Assembly: GCF_011745625.1 (NCBI RefSeq) | Contig: NW_027191499.1 | Coordinates: forward strand, 1 to 64,000 | DNA length: 64,000 nucleotides | From: Cladosporium halotolerans | Lineage: Eukaryota | Reading direction: 5' to 3' | Part shown: positions 35,625 to 50,069 of the stretch, one piece after another | How positions within the stretch are numbered: position 1 is the first letter of the stretch | How the letters are laid out: every line of letters starts with the position of its first letter | Translations under genes and position numbers: made by a program | The notes under the pieces: generated by a model | What the model saw: only the letters and a program-made list of their open reading frames with translations | Database searches by the model: none | What the model was told of the DNA's origin: nothing

Positions 35625-36334
35625 GATGTGATGATAGTATGGCGGTTATTGAAGCTGAGATCAATGCGTAGATGCGTTGGTGTTTGTTGAGCTGCTCTAA
35701 TGTATTGGCACAAAGCACGCAACAACTTTACGATAATGGTGTCGAGATAATACAAATACTAAAGGCAATTATTGGTCTTTCTACGCTTCCAGCCGGCATC
35801 CGTCCCGTAAGTATATTTCTCAATCCCGCGAGCTCCAGGTGCGATAACCGCCCGGCGGACCGTAGTCCCCCATGAGGTAGCACATCGCGGGGAACTTGTG
35901 CAGGGTCAAAGTATACAGCATGGAGAGGAGGGGAACCCTGCTGAAGTAGCGGATTGAGAGTTTGGAGATGTGATCAAGTTGCTCGGTCCGTACGTCCCGG
36001 CAAACAGAGGGTCAGCCTCGGCGGCTACGTTCGCCGGATAGGTGCCATGTCGATGGCGGCTATCCCCAGACTGCTCCGCACAACCTCCACCACCAGCGAC
36101 GTTGTTCCTGGCGGCCGCGTGGTCTTTGGTTTCCCATGCCATAGAGCTGACAATGCCCGAGAGCCGGTCATGTGCCGTTACATCGGCTGGCGGACGCAGG
36201 GCGACGCTCTTTAAGAAAGCTTCAAGCTCGCAGGTGGCGTAGCTTTGTTGACCTGATTTATTATCATTGTCAATATCATTTTATCGTTCTCCAGTCAGCC
36301 TCGATAACTATCTACTTCAGACCTCTTATCATAG

Positions 36335-37406
<1,072 letters not shown>

Positions 37407-38066
37407 ATGTAGAGGCTGAGAAAGAAGTCTGTTCCTTGCGTGCGCGCTTATTGAGGGTCGTCTTGGTTCTCACTCTAAAGCACACTCACGCAGTGCGAGG
37501 GGAGGGTGACTGTATGCTCATCGTGTGTAGATACTAAGGTAGTCGTTCCTTTCCGCCATATCGCGGCGTTCGGTGTGTGCATTTGGGAGGCGCAGCATGC
37601 GCCAGCCCTGCATCTGTGACTTTTCAGTCCTTCTGACGACCATTTTTCCAGTTGCCACAACTCTTCCGCCTCTATCTCGCCTGTGCATCTCATCCAACGT
37701 GTGTCTCATGACCAGCTCTTCCTGGTTCATGCGCTGTCCTAGCTAGCTACGTGGCAAATACTTCCAGAAGCGATGACAGCCATGGTTGAAAACCTGGGGG
37801 AAGTCAATGGCGTCGATGAGATTGATGAAAATTCAATCGGCAACGTGTCTTCTGTGGAGGCCCTCCTCGAGCGCTGGGTCCAAGACGGTGGCAAAGTGGT
37901 TCTGAAGAGCACAGAGTAGGCCTCTTCACGGGTTTATGGAGTCTTTGGAGTAACCGGATATATTTACTGCAAAGTATGTATCGAAAGGGCCAGACTGCGC
38001 ACCGGAAAACTTCGGCAATACTTCCGATCATGGGCTTACTGAGGACCTTACTCAGAGAGAGCAAAT

Positions 38067-39808
38067 TCAAACCTTCTTGATGCTGTCATCATGTGTAGCC
38101 TTCCATTCCTCCACCAAGCCAGCGTAGTCTCGGGGAAGGCAAGGCTCAGTGAGTTCAGAAAACCAGCTCTTCTTCCGCTTGTTGTTGAGCCCCATGTCTC
38201 GCAAGAGCATATCGATATACGGAACACCCTCGAAGACAAAGTCGGGCAGCGCAGCACCATAGCCGCATGGGTAACGCCACTTGCCCCACTGTGTGTGCAG
38301 CATGATCTCCTGAGTGATCTCGGCTTTCGTGCTGGGGAGACGGTCAAGCCTGTTGGAGAGGTACGCGGCGGTCCAGTGGCCTTGCACAGTGGCGCAGGAA
38401 GCGGTGGAAACGGAGGAGACTGCGCCAACCCAGGCGATGTTTCGGGAGAATGCGTAGCCAGATGGGACAATGAAGCGGTAGAGGCGGAGAGGGTCGGAGG
38501 TCTTCGGTGCAAAGCGCAACTCGGGTTGCTTCTCGAGGCGAGGGAACATGTCGAGGACCTCGCGGTCCGCTTTTGCGTTGAGTTTCATCTTTTCGGATTG
38601 TGAGACGTCCAGGCCGAACTCATGGGGACCAAGGCCCTGGAATTTGATAGGCGACTCTTTCTTCCAGCCGGTGGAGCAAACGACAACGTCGGCATGCAGT
38701 CTAGTACCATCGGCGAGGATGACAGTGTTCTTCTCCATGTGGTCGATTTGGCCGATGTGTACTCGAATCTTCCCGTTCTTGACAAGATCAAATAGAGGTG
38801 TCTGGTAATTCAAGATGCTGAGGCCGCTGCCAATCCAGAATGCAGAATTCCAAGGCTTGAGCTTCTTCAATTCTGGGTGTGTGTCGTAGCCGTTCGCACT
38901 GATGACATCGGCAGAGAGGATTTTCCAGAACATGTCGACGATGAAGCGCCCAATGAATGTACCGTGAAGAAATCCTCGAATGCCGCCAAAGCCGTCTTCT
39001 TTTCCCCACGGACACGGAGCCATGAAGGTCATCCAACGGATGAGAAGCAATTGATCGAGGCGTTTCTTGAAGGGGGTAACGAAAGCAGGCGCAATCCAAA
39101 CCGGACCATGTCCGTCGTCTCGAATAACAAGGTCGACTGTTGAGCCAGCCTCAACTTGAGCATATGCCACGTCGAATGCGGACTTAGCACCACCAACAAC
39201 GACTGAGTTTTTGACATTTTTCAGCTCTGGTGCTCGGGCACAGAAGTCCTTCGCGTGGAAGAGCGGTGCCCCGAGATTTTCTGAGCCTTTGTAAGTCGGC
39301 ATATTTGGTGTAGACGTCAATCCGGTTGCCAGAATAAGCTTCTTAGCGATGACTGCTCTCTCGCCAGATGGTCCAGTCACGAAAAGCTTCCATGCTTCGC
39401 CCACTGGTTCAATGGTGTCTACTTTAGTGCGAAACTGGATTTTGTTGAAGAAGCCGAAGTGATGTGCAAAGTCCGTCAGGTATTGGTTCAGCACAGTCCC
39501 AGGGATGTGATTGTTTGGTTTGACGCCGTACTTTGACTCCGCCATTGGGAAGTCGGGGAACTCGTAAGTTCCCACCATGTTGTTCGATTTCAAGCCGGGA
39601 TACAGGCGGTTCTTGGTCCATGTTCCACCAGGTGTCTCTGCGCTCTCCAGGACAGCCAGGCTCTGGTCTGGCATTATCTGCGAGGCAGCCTTGGCTGCAG
39701 CCAGGCCGAACCAGCCTGCAAATCCTTCGTCAGCACTGAAACATCCCTGTGAACATCGCAAAGGCTCTCACCGGCACCGACAACGACGACGTCGTACGTT
39801 TCAGCCAT
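38067..39808 (-). CDS. Class B flavin-containing monooxygenase (FMO-like), 1 intron
   Basis: MAETYDVVVVGAG|WFG (intron 39716-39771), GGTW...YPGLKSN, ATGLTS.P, FHAKDF, second Rossmann VVGGAKSAFD and CSTGW. Confidence 0.9.
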
Positions 39809-40827
39809 ATCTGATCACCGAGAAAGCGCTGCAAGCTATGATGAATGTAAGTCTCGAAGGCGCAATTGCTTCGAGTGTACAGGAACATGAGCAGCGGCAC
39901 GGTCTAGCGGGAGTGTACTTATAACATTGCTATCAGCCCAAGCCAGGTCGAAGTAAGTTTGAGCTTAGGCGCGATAACAGCAGTCGCGGAGAACGCGTTG
40001 CCCCTGGACGTCCACTTCCTACCTGACAGTGGGAGGGGGAGGCGGGCCGCCAGTTGACGACCAGGCCAGACACCTACAGACCACGTTATCTTTTGGTCTT
40101 TTTTGCGGCGAGAGAAACGACCCTGGATCTTCCGCAGCGCCCAAGCTCTCGCCAACCCCGTTAATGCAAAGGCCCCCTGCAGGAGCTTGCAGGAGCCGCC
40201 GTGCGGGGACCAGGGTTTGGGCTAATCCGAAAGGCGGTCACGGCGTTCTCGTCCATTGCGGGGTCGATACCACGGCAGGCGAGTGGTACTCAACCGACAG
40301 CCGCGAGTGGGCTATATCCGCGATGATAGCAGGTGTGAGGAGTTCGGCAAGACAGGGTCACCTGATGGCGTTGTCGGCAGGCGAGACGTTGACCGTGCTG
40401 CGGTTCAAAGTAGCGGCGGAGCCTTGCATCGGGAGTGCGGGAATGGGGCCACACAGTAGAGCCCGCGGGATTGGAAGCGAGCAATATTCTCCACCTGATT
40501 CTGGCGGAGCGGGATGGTGACTACGCGCATTCATGTACCATGGCAATAATGGAGTCGGCTCTAAGATTTCTCAGGCGTGCACTGCGAGAAAGTCCGGCTT
40601 CCGGATTTGCTCACGTGATACATCACGTGCCTCTGTGCGTTCAACATGAATTGTACTATGGATGAAGATGTGCATTGCTGTGAGCAAGATGTCTAGTGGC
40701 TGGAAAGATAATAAAGTCGTCTCAAACTGCGAAGGTACTGAGAATATGTCACACGGTCACATTTTACGACTCGATGAAATGGGTTGAAGGCTGGCTTTGA
40801 ACAATTTTGCTCGAATGAGGATTCATA

Positions 40828-41714
40828 CTATTTCTCGTAGCTGATCAATCCATCGATCGTACCCGCATGCAGACCGCCAGTGATCGCAATATCGGCCGCG
40901 GTCGTGTGCATTGATGCATCGCTCAGAAAGTAGATCGCGGCACCAGTCAGATCGTTCTGAGTGCTGAGGCGCTGGTTCGGAGGAGCCAGCCACATCTGTT
41001 CACCCTCCCGTTTGCTTGCTTTAGCTTCTCTGACAGTTCTTGTCATATCAGAATCCACGAAGCCCGGCGAGATTGTGTTGACGCGGATGCCGTGGGGCGC
41101 AAGTTCGACGCCGAGTACTTTGGCGAGCATCATGACGCCGCCCTTGGAGGCATTGTAGGCGGCCATTCGGTAGCCTGGAAGCGCAATGTGTGCTGACTGA
41201 GAAGCGATCAGGAGGATGCTTCCGCGCTTCTTTTGTTTCAGCAGCTCTTTGGCGACCATTTGGGCTGTGAAGAAAGTGCCGCGGACCTGCACGTGGGTCA
41301 GCAGACTGATCTCCGCAATGGACTCATGGCACGTACATTAATCTCCTGGATGCGAGTGAACTCTTCCCACGTTTGGTCCACGAAGGGCTTGTCAATGGCA
41401 ATACCTGCTGCGGGCACACATCCATCGATGGTCTTGAACGTGTCGAGCGTCTTCTGGAACGCGGCTTCCAGGCTTTCTTGCTTGGTGACATCGGTCTGGA
41501 TGTATAGCGTCTTGCTTCCAAATTTGGAACTCAGCGCATCAAATTCCTTCTTGTCAACGGGCTCGTTTTGGATGTCCCAGATGGAGACATTCCCGCCCAT
41601 CTCACATATTGCTCGCGAGATGGTGAAGCCAATACCCTGGGCACCTCCAGTGACGATGTAGTTCCGGCCGGTCAGCTCAAAGGTAGGACGAACATCATGA
41701 AGCGGAGACGACAT
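40828..41714 (-). CDS. Classical short-chain dehydrogenase/reductase, 1 intron
   Basis: TGGAQGIG, catalytic YNASK and IRVNTISPGFVDS; intron at about 41287-41336. Confidence 0.92.
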
Positions 41715-42258
41715 GTTGGTGTTTGAAGCACGCGGTATCTTCGAACCCTGGCAAATGTTCTCTTGCGGTCCCAACGGCGTTTGTGTGGTGCTGCAATGGG
41801 CCGAGATGGACGGGATACTGTTTGTGTTGTATCTCAACTATCGCTCGCCACTCTAGCAAGTTCTCCGCTACTGACCACTTGATCCATGGATGCACGTCCT
41901 CTGTTTGTCCATCTTATCGTGTCGGCCCGCCGCTGTCGATCTGTTCTTTTCGGTATGACCATTCAGACAAGCCCATTGGTCCGCTGTTGCGTGGACCTCA
42001 GCCGAGGTGCTTTGCCCGACCGGCGAGGGGGGCTTCCGATTGCCGCTCCGTCCTTATCGACACATCTTGAAAGTTAATCTGACACGTCCGAACGTTGCCA
42101 CTGAGCGGAAACAGACGGCTACCACCACGGGAAAGGTGATAAACTCATATCATCACAACTGGAAGACAGTAGTCCAGTGTCTCAACAAGGCCTAGGAAAC
42201 TACAATTTCCAAGATTTACAGCCTATTTTTCCGTGCAGTCTGCACATCAGTCACCATC

Positions 42259-43665
42259 ATGCCGTTCGCGGACATTACCAAACCTCCCAAGCCATTGCCT
42301 TCGGCCAAGCTAGAGATCTTGAAGCCTGGCTTGTCTCTACAGCCACCTTTGACAAGGTTGGGATCTGGACCTGGTCTTATCGTCCTAACGACACCGGAGG
42401 CATACGATGAGCAAGCGACACAGCGCGATGATGCACCTACAGCGGTATTGAAGTGGGCAGAGGAGGGATATGCTGTAGTCCAGGTTTCTGCCACTGCAGT
42501 CGAATCGTCAGACATTGAAGCAATCTTTGCTGAGGGCGTGAAAGCACTCGAACAGTGCGACGCTTGTCAACCCAAAGACAAGATTGGGCTTGTCTGTGAG
42601 TCTTAAAAATCCCTCAGCTTCTTTTGCTGTGCTTAATGATTTTGCAGGCCACTCGAAACAGCTTTGGACTGCCGCAGCACCGGCACTCACAAAGTTCCCC
42701 GGCATCGTTGCCAGTGTTCTTTACGTGGATGAGGCAGATGTGGCGGGCACTGGAGACGGTGATGGACCTCTTCTACGGCATGTGGCTGGTCCTACCAAGC
42801 AAAGCTCTCGCAAGCCAGGCGAGAGGACTGGCAAGGACTACTACTATCCCTCGGTCCGGGACCGATGGTTTCTGGCTGGCGACAAAGATTTTGACTATAT
42901 GGCAGACTCTGTGGCTCACACAAGGAACCTCGAATTCTTGAAGCCGAAAATGGGAGGACCGTACTTTGATCTGGAGGAGATCTGGGAGGAGCACACCTAC
43001 TACGAATTCGCAGATCGATCTGTTGAGCACACCATGAGCACCATGGTACAAGAACCATACGTCAATCATGTCCCTACGGTCAGTGAGAAGCTCAGATACG
43101 TATGTGATACAAGCTAACAGAGCTCGATAGCTGACCGGCGGTATCGGGAGAGGCAATCTATCCACCTTCTACCGGGAAAACTTCATTTTCAATAACTCGG
43201 CAGACACATCCCTTGATCTCGTCAGTCGCACGATCGGTATCGATCGCGTCGTTGATGAGTTCATCTTCAAGTTCACTCATGACAGGGAACTTGATTGGCT
43301 GTACGCACCGTGTCCTCACTGAAAGTTCATCGAGTCCTGCTAACGTTCCAAGGCTTCCTGGCGTTCCGCCGACGCATCTTAAAGCAGAGCTTCCTTTCAC
43401 AGCTGTGGTAAACATCAGAGGCGATAGGCTGTACCATGAACACATCTCGTGGGACCAAGGCACTGCTCTGCGCCAACTCGGTCTGCTCCCAGAGTACTTG
43501 CCGTTCCCGCATCCCCTGCCTGAGGGTGTCCTGTCATCCAAAAACGCGAAGGTGGAGTATCGCGTGCCTGTGCTCGGAAAAGAGACGGCAGAGAAGCTGC
43601 GCAATCGTAAGTCGGTGCCTTCGAACGAGATGTTCAAGTACAGTGTGCGAGAGAGGACGGTTTAG
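42259..43665 (+). CDS. Degenerate dienelactone-hydrolase-like plus SnoaL/NTF2-like two-domain protein (usually annotated carboxymethylenebutenolidase; IifA-like), 3 introns
   Basis: C-terminal WEEHTYYEF.DRSVEHTMSTMVQEPYVNHVPT|LTGG.G...SRTIG.DRVVDEF..FTH..ELDW|LLPGVPPT...RGDRLYHEHISWDQ; introns 42596-42647, about 43079-43130 and about 43301-43351. Confidence 0.88.
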
Positions 43666-44053
43666 CTGCAGTTCTGGATAAGATCGCGTAATTGAATGAA
43701 TAGCCATGATTCATAAGCGAGGTATTATCACTTGATCATTTGCCGATATCATCGGCTAGGCGGAGCCTCGCACATACTGTGAGAGGTATCTGCCCAGACG
43801 ATCGCAAGAGAGCAACCAAACTGCACTGACCCTAAACCTACTCCTCCCTCAGCTGACCCGCTTTACCCCGGGTCGCGATAGTCTTAGCGTTGCGGAGATA
43901 TGTCGGAGAGATACCCTGTCCCAGATTTGACTTCGTCCGCTACCGACGCGAGCCATCCACCTTATCTTACCAAACATGTGCGCAACAGAGGGCGTAGAAG
44001 AAACGTCCGTCCTGCTCCCACCATAGACTCGGGCACACAGTGACTCCGGCTTC

Positions 44054-46454
44054 ATGCCGCGACCAAAGGTCCACGAGAGCCAGCGACAAAGAGCGGCGGA
44101 AGCATGCTCTTTCTGTCGAGACACCAAGAAGAAATGCAGCGGGACAGCGCCTTGCACGCAGTGTCAACGACGAGGATTACACGACGAGTGCTTCATAACT
44201 TACCTACCGCGAGGATCTAGATTACGGACTCAACGCGCAGCTGCTGGTGCTGGTCGGCAATCTTGGAACTCGGTCTCTCAGGCTTCCGTCTCCTCCGCAC
44301 AGGATGCTACGAGTGCCGCGCTACTCAGTCCCACTCAATTAAGACCGACTCTTAGCCATGGCCAAAGCGGAAACGCAGCGGATGCTTTCAGACCATTGTC
44401 GCCATCTGAATCTCGAGAAGAAAATGATGACAGCGTTGGTAATGCGGCCCAGGGCTCGGCCCAAACACCAAGGCCATCTGACAAGTCAGTAGGACAGGAC
44501 TCGTCTCTTGCTGCACCAGGCCCACGCATGCTACTGAGCTCGCATGGAGAGAGAGGTATGGGATCGACACATTGTCACATGACGATATTCGGTCAAGACT
44601 AACTCGTGCAGTCTATATCGGAGCTGCCGCTTCAATAGCATTCCTCCAAACAGTAAGACGAGTAGTGGCCGGGCAGATCGGTCCTTCAGATTTCACCAAC
44701 AGTAAAGAGAATGATAGGATGCTCGAGATTGACGCCCCCCAGATTACCGTCGATGCTATGGAGATCACGGCAGAGCAGAAGTTGCAATTTTTGCGGTGTT
44801 ACTTCTCGGTTGTAAGAATCACCGCAGCGGCGGCATACTGATTGAGATACTAACTTTGCGCAGACGGAAGCTTTCATTGACATCTTTGACCCGTCAGACC
44901 TCGAGACCTGCATAAAAACTGGTGGTAGCGGCCCTCTCGTGACTAGCATCGACGACCTCAACGAAGGCGGTACGGACGCCCCTTCCGATTCTCAAATCAG
45001 TCCATTGCGTCGCGCGAGTCTGGATCTTGTCATCGCGATTGGTGCACAATGCACTTCCAAGGAGGATGCTCAGAACATCGGACGGGCTTTCTTCCGTGGC
45101 GCTCAACGTCAGGCATTATCTGAGATGATCCAAGATCCCGACCTGGACATGGTCCGAACTTACCTTCTGATGGCTTTCTATATGCTCGGTGAATGTCGAA
45201 GAAACACGGCTTACATGTATCTGTCGGTGGCTGCCCGCGCTGCGATCGCTCTCGGCTTGCACAGTCCAAGCTCTTATTCCGGCAAGCAGGCGTTGAATGA
45301 AAATGACAAGCTAAGGTCAATGAGATGACACATCCACCTTGCCTTACATACTGACCAAGATTATTAGACTCCGTGTTTGGATGACCTGTCGCGTCGGTGA
45401 CAAACTCGTCAATTCTTTGCTTGGCCGTCCAGCAACCACAATCGGCATCCCCGAGGAGCTCGGAGCCATCTTGAGCACACTCTCATCCGGCCAGGATCAC
45501 GGCTTGAATTGTATGGCTGCTGCATACAATATCGTCTCCATCATCGACGACATCAACACTAAGCTCTACGGCGAGCAGGATGTCAGACCGGAGGTTGTTG
45601 AACAGCTGCTTCAAGCTATCGATGCCTGGAAACGTGACTTCTCACCATCATTGAGCCAAACCGCTCCTTGGACCTCACTAGCTCTTGGCGACATGACCAT
45701 GGAAGCAACAAAAGGCTCCGTGGGGGTCGTCCATGTATCGTGTCTATACTACTTCGCGGTCATGCTTGCCACCCGACCAGTCTTCATCTCGGGCCTCACC
45801 TTGCGAAATGGACGCAAAGACCAACAGTCAGCAATGAGCGAGGCATGCCTCGATGCTGCTATGTTCTTGGCCCAGACCTGCGTCGAAGCACTCGATGCTG
45901 GCCTACTCGAGAGCAATATGTGCATCATGAAGTAAGCAAATTTTCGACGTAATACTTCCTCATCACTAATAAAACCTAGGGCACTCGTATTTGCAGCAGG
46001 TCTAGTCCTCGGGGTCGAAAGTTTCGCCAAACCCACCGTCAACACTGATGTCGAACGTGCATTCGAAAGCGCCAAACAAGTCCTCAAGTTCCTTGCCGCT
46101 CGCAGTCCGCAAGCGAACCACTACCTCGGAATCCTCACATCTCTCTCCAATGCAATCGCAGAGCAGCGCTCCCGGACCGAGCCAAGTCGCGCGAGCCGTT
46201 ATGTCTCCAGGCTCTTCTCCCTCGGGTCATCCGCTTCGAGTGCAGGCACTATTGGCGACCGCCAGAGCGATGACAACAACGTCTGGAGTAGCGCACTTTT
46301 GGACGACTCCGCGCTGGCTGCTGTTGGCGATCTTCCGGAATTAATGGGCACTCCGTCGCAATGGCCGAGCGGCGGAGTGCTGGACCCGGAGCTTTTCATC
46401 GACTGGGAGACTGTTAACATATCTCACTGGGACAACTTTCCTTTTCGAGTATGA
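44054..46454 (+). CDS. Zn(II)2Cys6 transcription factor with Fungal_trans domain, 4 introns
   Basis: ACSFCRDTKKKCSGTAPCTQCQRRGLHDEC; AARAAIALGLH; LLGRP. Confidence 0.92.
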
Positions 46455-46905
46455 TCTAGGGTCTCACGTTGAACATTCTCCCCTGAGGTCAAGATACGAA
46501 TAACGCATTGACTTGGTAACGACGCATGTTTTGGCGGAGGAGCATTCGCTGGAGGAACGAGTTTGAGCCTTTGACGCCGCACTTATAGTGTTATTTTCCC
46601 AAAATTTTATCACAACCCACTTTCGGTCCATTGGTATATCTAGAGACGCAAGACATTAAAACCTTGGATACTGTTCTTCGACCTTCTATTTTCTAGCCAG
46701 GCAAACCAGTTTGGGAAAGTCCTTTCAAGAAACCTTGGGTCTTGACGGCATCTCCATCTTGGATACTGTGTCCTGCTATGACAGGCAATGCACTATCAAG
46801 AATCAAACCTGTATGAGTGCGGCGAGGTCGGATATAGTATTTTGGGACGGAAGTGACAGAAAGAGTTCATTGAGGCTAAGTACATGATGTTGACGAAGGG
46901 TTATC

Positions 46906-48371
46906 TCAGGCACTAGCACCAATCACGATGCCATTCGGCAACTCCAGTCCAATGGGGAGTCCGCAGATGAAGTTCCCAGCATAGCCCGATCCCTTCGCAG
47001 CGGCCAGCTTCTCCTCGATATCACGGTACATGTCATAACTGGGCATATCCGTTAGCAGGGCATCTTGGATTTGGCAAAGGATAATTGTCACTCACGCATT
47101 CATTTCTTCAATCGTCAACACATTCTTTTGGTCCTCGACCTTGTAGAATGGCAGGTCCTTGTTGTTCGAGAAGCCGATGCGCTCGTTGATATTGTAAGCG
47201 GCTTTCGCGGCCGCCGACTGTACCCTGGTGGCACGCGGAAGGCGGACCTTGTTATAGACTGCGAGCGACTGCTCGATGTTGCCGTCAAAGTAGGCTGGGC
47301 TGAACAGGATTCCAATCGCAGCGGCATCTTCGATTGCCATGCAGGCACCTTGGCTTTGGTGGGGCATCATAGGGTGGCCGGCGTCGCCGAGAAGGCAGAC
47401 TCGCTGCTTGTTGAGGTAGGGGTAGGGGTCATGGATCCAAAGCCTCCAAGGCTGGATCTCTTTGCCGATGGCAAGGTGGCCGAAGACCTGTCGGTCAAGC
47501 TCGGGGTAGGGCTTCAGCAACTCTTCGACTGGACGGTCTTCGGCACCCCAGGCTTGGTTTACGTAGTCGCCTTGGTCTCGAGGAAAGAAGCAGTAGTAGG
47601 AGAGGAGTTTGCCACCGTTGCAAGGGGACAGGACGATCTTGTCCCACTTGCCCTCCTGACCTCCCCAGTACTCGAGAGCTTCGTTAAGTGAGTAGTCCAC
47701 AAGGCCGGCTTTGACAGCATCATCGGTCATGACATTGCAGTGGAGGCACTGCTGGTCTGCTGGCCGTCTCGTGGGGTGGATGCCGATAATATTGCGGACT
47801 GCTGAGCCGATGCCATCAGCTCCAATAATCAGGTCATGTTGCGCAATGACGCCGTTCTCGAAAGTGATTGTGTTGGTGTCGAGGTCGATGTCTTTACACT
47901 ACGGGAGGTTGTCAGCTTACTTGTACTTTATATTGATGGTCGAGACGATCGTGGACTTACTCTGTGGTTGACCAACAGCTTAGCAGGCGAGCCTTTGCCT
48001 TCCTCACCCAGTGCGCTGTCCTTCAGCATGGCGTGCATGTACTGTCTGTGGAACATGTTGTAGACATAGCCCCATCGTTGCTCGTAGTCGTCAAGGCTAT
48101 ACTCGCTGATTGGCTCACCCGTCTTCCAGTCGCGGTTGATCAGCCTCTTGAGGACGACAGGGTCACCCTTAGCGACATCGATGTCCCACTCGTGCAGCCA
48201 TCTTGTGCCGTTCGCCGCGCATGAGACTGAGGCACCGACTTCGCCGGCGAAATCTGAGCGTTCGTAGATGGTTACTTCGTGGCCAGCGCGTCGCAGTGCA
48301 ATTGCAACACACATGCCACCAATACCACCGCCGGTCACGCCAACGTTGAGCTTTCTCCAGCCGACGGCCAT
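46906..48371 (-). CDS. Class A FAD-dependent aromatic hydroxylase (salicylate-hydroxylase-like), 2 introns
   Basis: GGGIGG, IGADGIGS (DG motif) and LLGDAGHPMMPHQSQGACMAIEDA (GD motif). Confidence 0.92.
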
Positions 48372-48551
48372 GGCGATCAAGCGTTGTGGATCAATCAGTG
48401 TGAGTAAGTGAAGGTATCGCGATCAACTTGCGTATCGATGAGAGTGCAGTGAATCTTGCGATGGGTATAGAGAAGTTGTGTGTTCAGAATGATGGAGTGC
48501 AGTAGCTGACCGAGACACCGTCTTCGTGGAATGATATAGCACAATTCTATC

Positions 48552-48581
48552 GTCGGAGGAGTGGGACCAGCATCCTCCGAC
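48552..48581. promoter_or_regulatory. 9-bp perfect inverted repeat with CGG half-sites; candidate Zn2Cys6 site
   Basis: GTCGGAGGA-N12-TCCTCCGAC, about 180 bp upstream of the FAD hydroxylase ATG. Confidence 0.4.
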
Positions 48582-50069
48582 ACTCTAAGCCGCTGGCATG
48601 GTCCGATGCCAGTCCTTCCGTCTACATCGCAACGCGTGTGACCTCGAAGAGCTCCTGCGGGTGGCTGTTGCGCCTTCGGATGGGCTGAGATAGCGGATGT
48701 GAGGTGTACGGTCCGCTTCCGACAGTGCGGTGGTGCATACCCGCTCTTCGCGGGTAAGGGCTAGACTCACCTTTACCGAGCAGGTATCACTGATGACGAT
48801 GCTTAGAGCTTCAAGCTTGTGGAAGGTGTCTACCTTTCTCAGCCCAAACCAGCTATTCTGTTCGGGTTTCATCACGAAAGGCAAAGTAGACGTCCCGGTT
48901 CTCGCGCTCGAAACCAGCTGCGTGCCCGACTAGAGACCGGCGGAACAAAGCGATCCGACAGCCAACTCAAAGCTTTGTCGCAGGTAAATTCACGCGAGAG
49001 AGCAGCGTCCTGTCTCTAAATGAGCGTGATGCGAGACGAGCCAGGTACCTAATCAGGACTTTGGGTGTTCTTCTTCCCCTTTGTGAAGCCGCACGACTGA
49101 TGACGTCCTTTTGGTTGAAGATGCGGAGACACTTTCATCCGTGCCGCACCAGTCGTCCGACAATTTGTGGCATGGCTCTCTCTCTGGTGAACATCACGTT
49201 CCCGAATCCTATAGGAGATGATAGCACTTCACTCTCGATATGGATTAGGGAAAGCCTTCTTAAACGCCGAGAACGGTGCCCTTTTCAACATAATTAGTAT
49301 GTTACCGTACTATCGTCCCTCCTAGACTTCCCAAACGCGACTTTCCGGTTGAGAACTCATGGCTACATGAGTAGCTGGCAGGCCACAAATTTCCACATAA
49401 TAAAAGTGGTGACCAGCATGAACTTCTGGCTTTCCTTGGTCACACTCATGGCCATCCAGCTCTCCCCTTGCACGTTCGTCGTGAATTTGGCTAAAGTCCG
49501 TTCCTGACATGAATATGCATACGACTTGGTCTCTGGCATGCGGAGACAACCTTCCGGCAAAAAGATGATGTCCCGATAATGCATTGATCGACAAAATTCT
49601 GCCGCCGCATGCGGGGAACGAAGCATCGATCTTCTGTCTGTTCATCAAAACATAGATGCATCTTCAACTATACTGTGCCCTAACCAATTGCGCACTTAGC
49701 CCTCGAGCCGAACCCTAGAAAGCTTGGAATTCGTTTCTAGACCAGCCTCGACATACCTTTAACAGTGTGCAGATTTGTGAACTCACCCAAAACAATACTT
49801 CCCTGCGGCAGAAAGCGTACCTGTGAGGAGCAGGGCGAAGGTATGACGCTACGATATGCAGCCTTAGTCAAGTGCAACGATTTGAAGACCCTCGACATTA
49901 TCCGGGCCTCCTCCTTCGACCCCTCGCGGGACAACTCCAGCGCTGGCAAAATACGTCTTGTGCAGGGAAGGGTATTTGAAGTGTGATAGCCATGTAAGTG
50001 AGATGGTCTTATCCATCAATCACTGCTTGCAACGCAACAAGCCAATCCTCTGTCGGAAAGAAATCGACA

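Noticed and set aside
48600..49950. Short ORFs between the FAD hydroxylase and the carboxylesterase
   Set aside because: No recognisable motifs or consistent exon chain.
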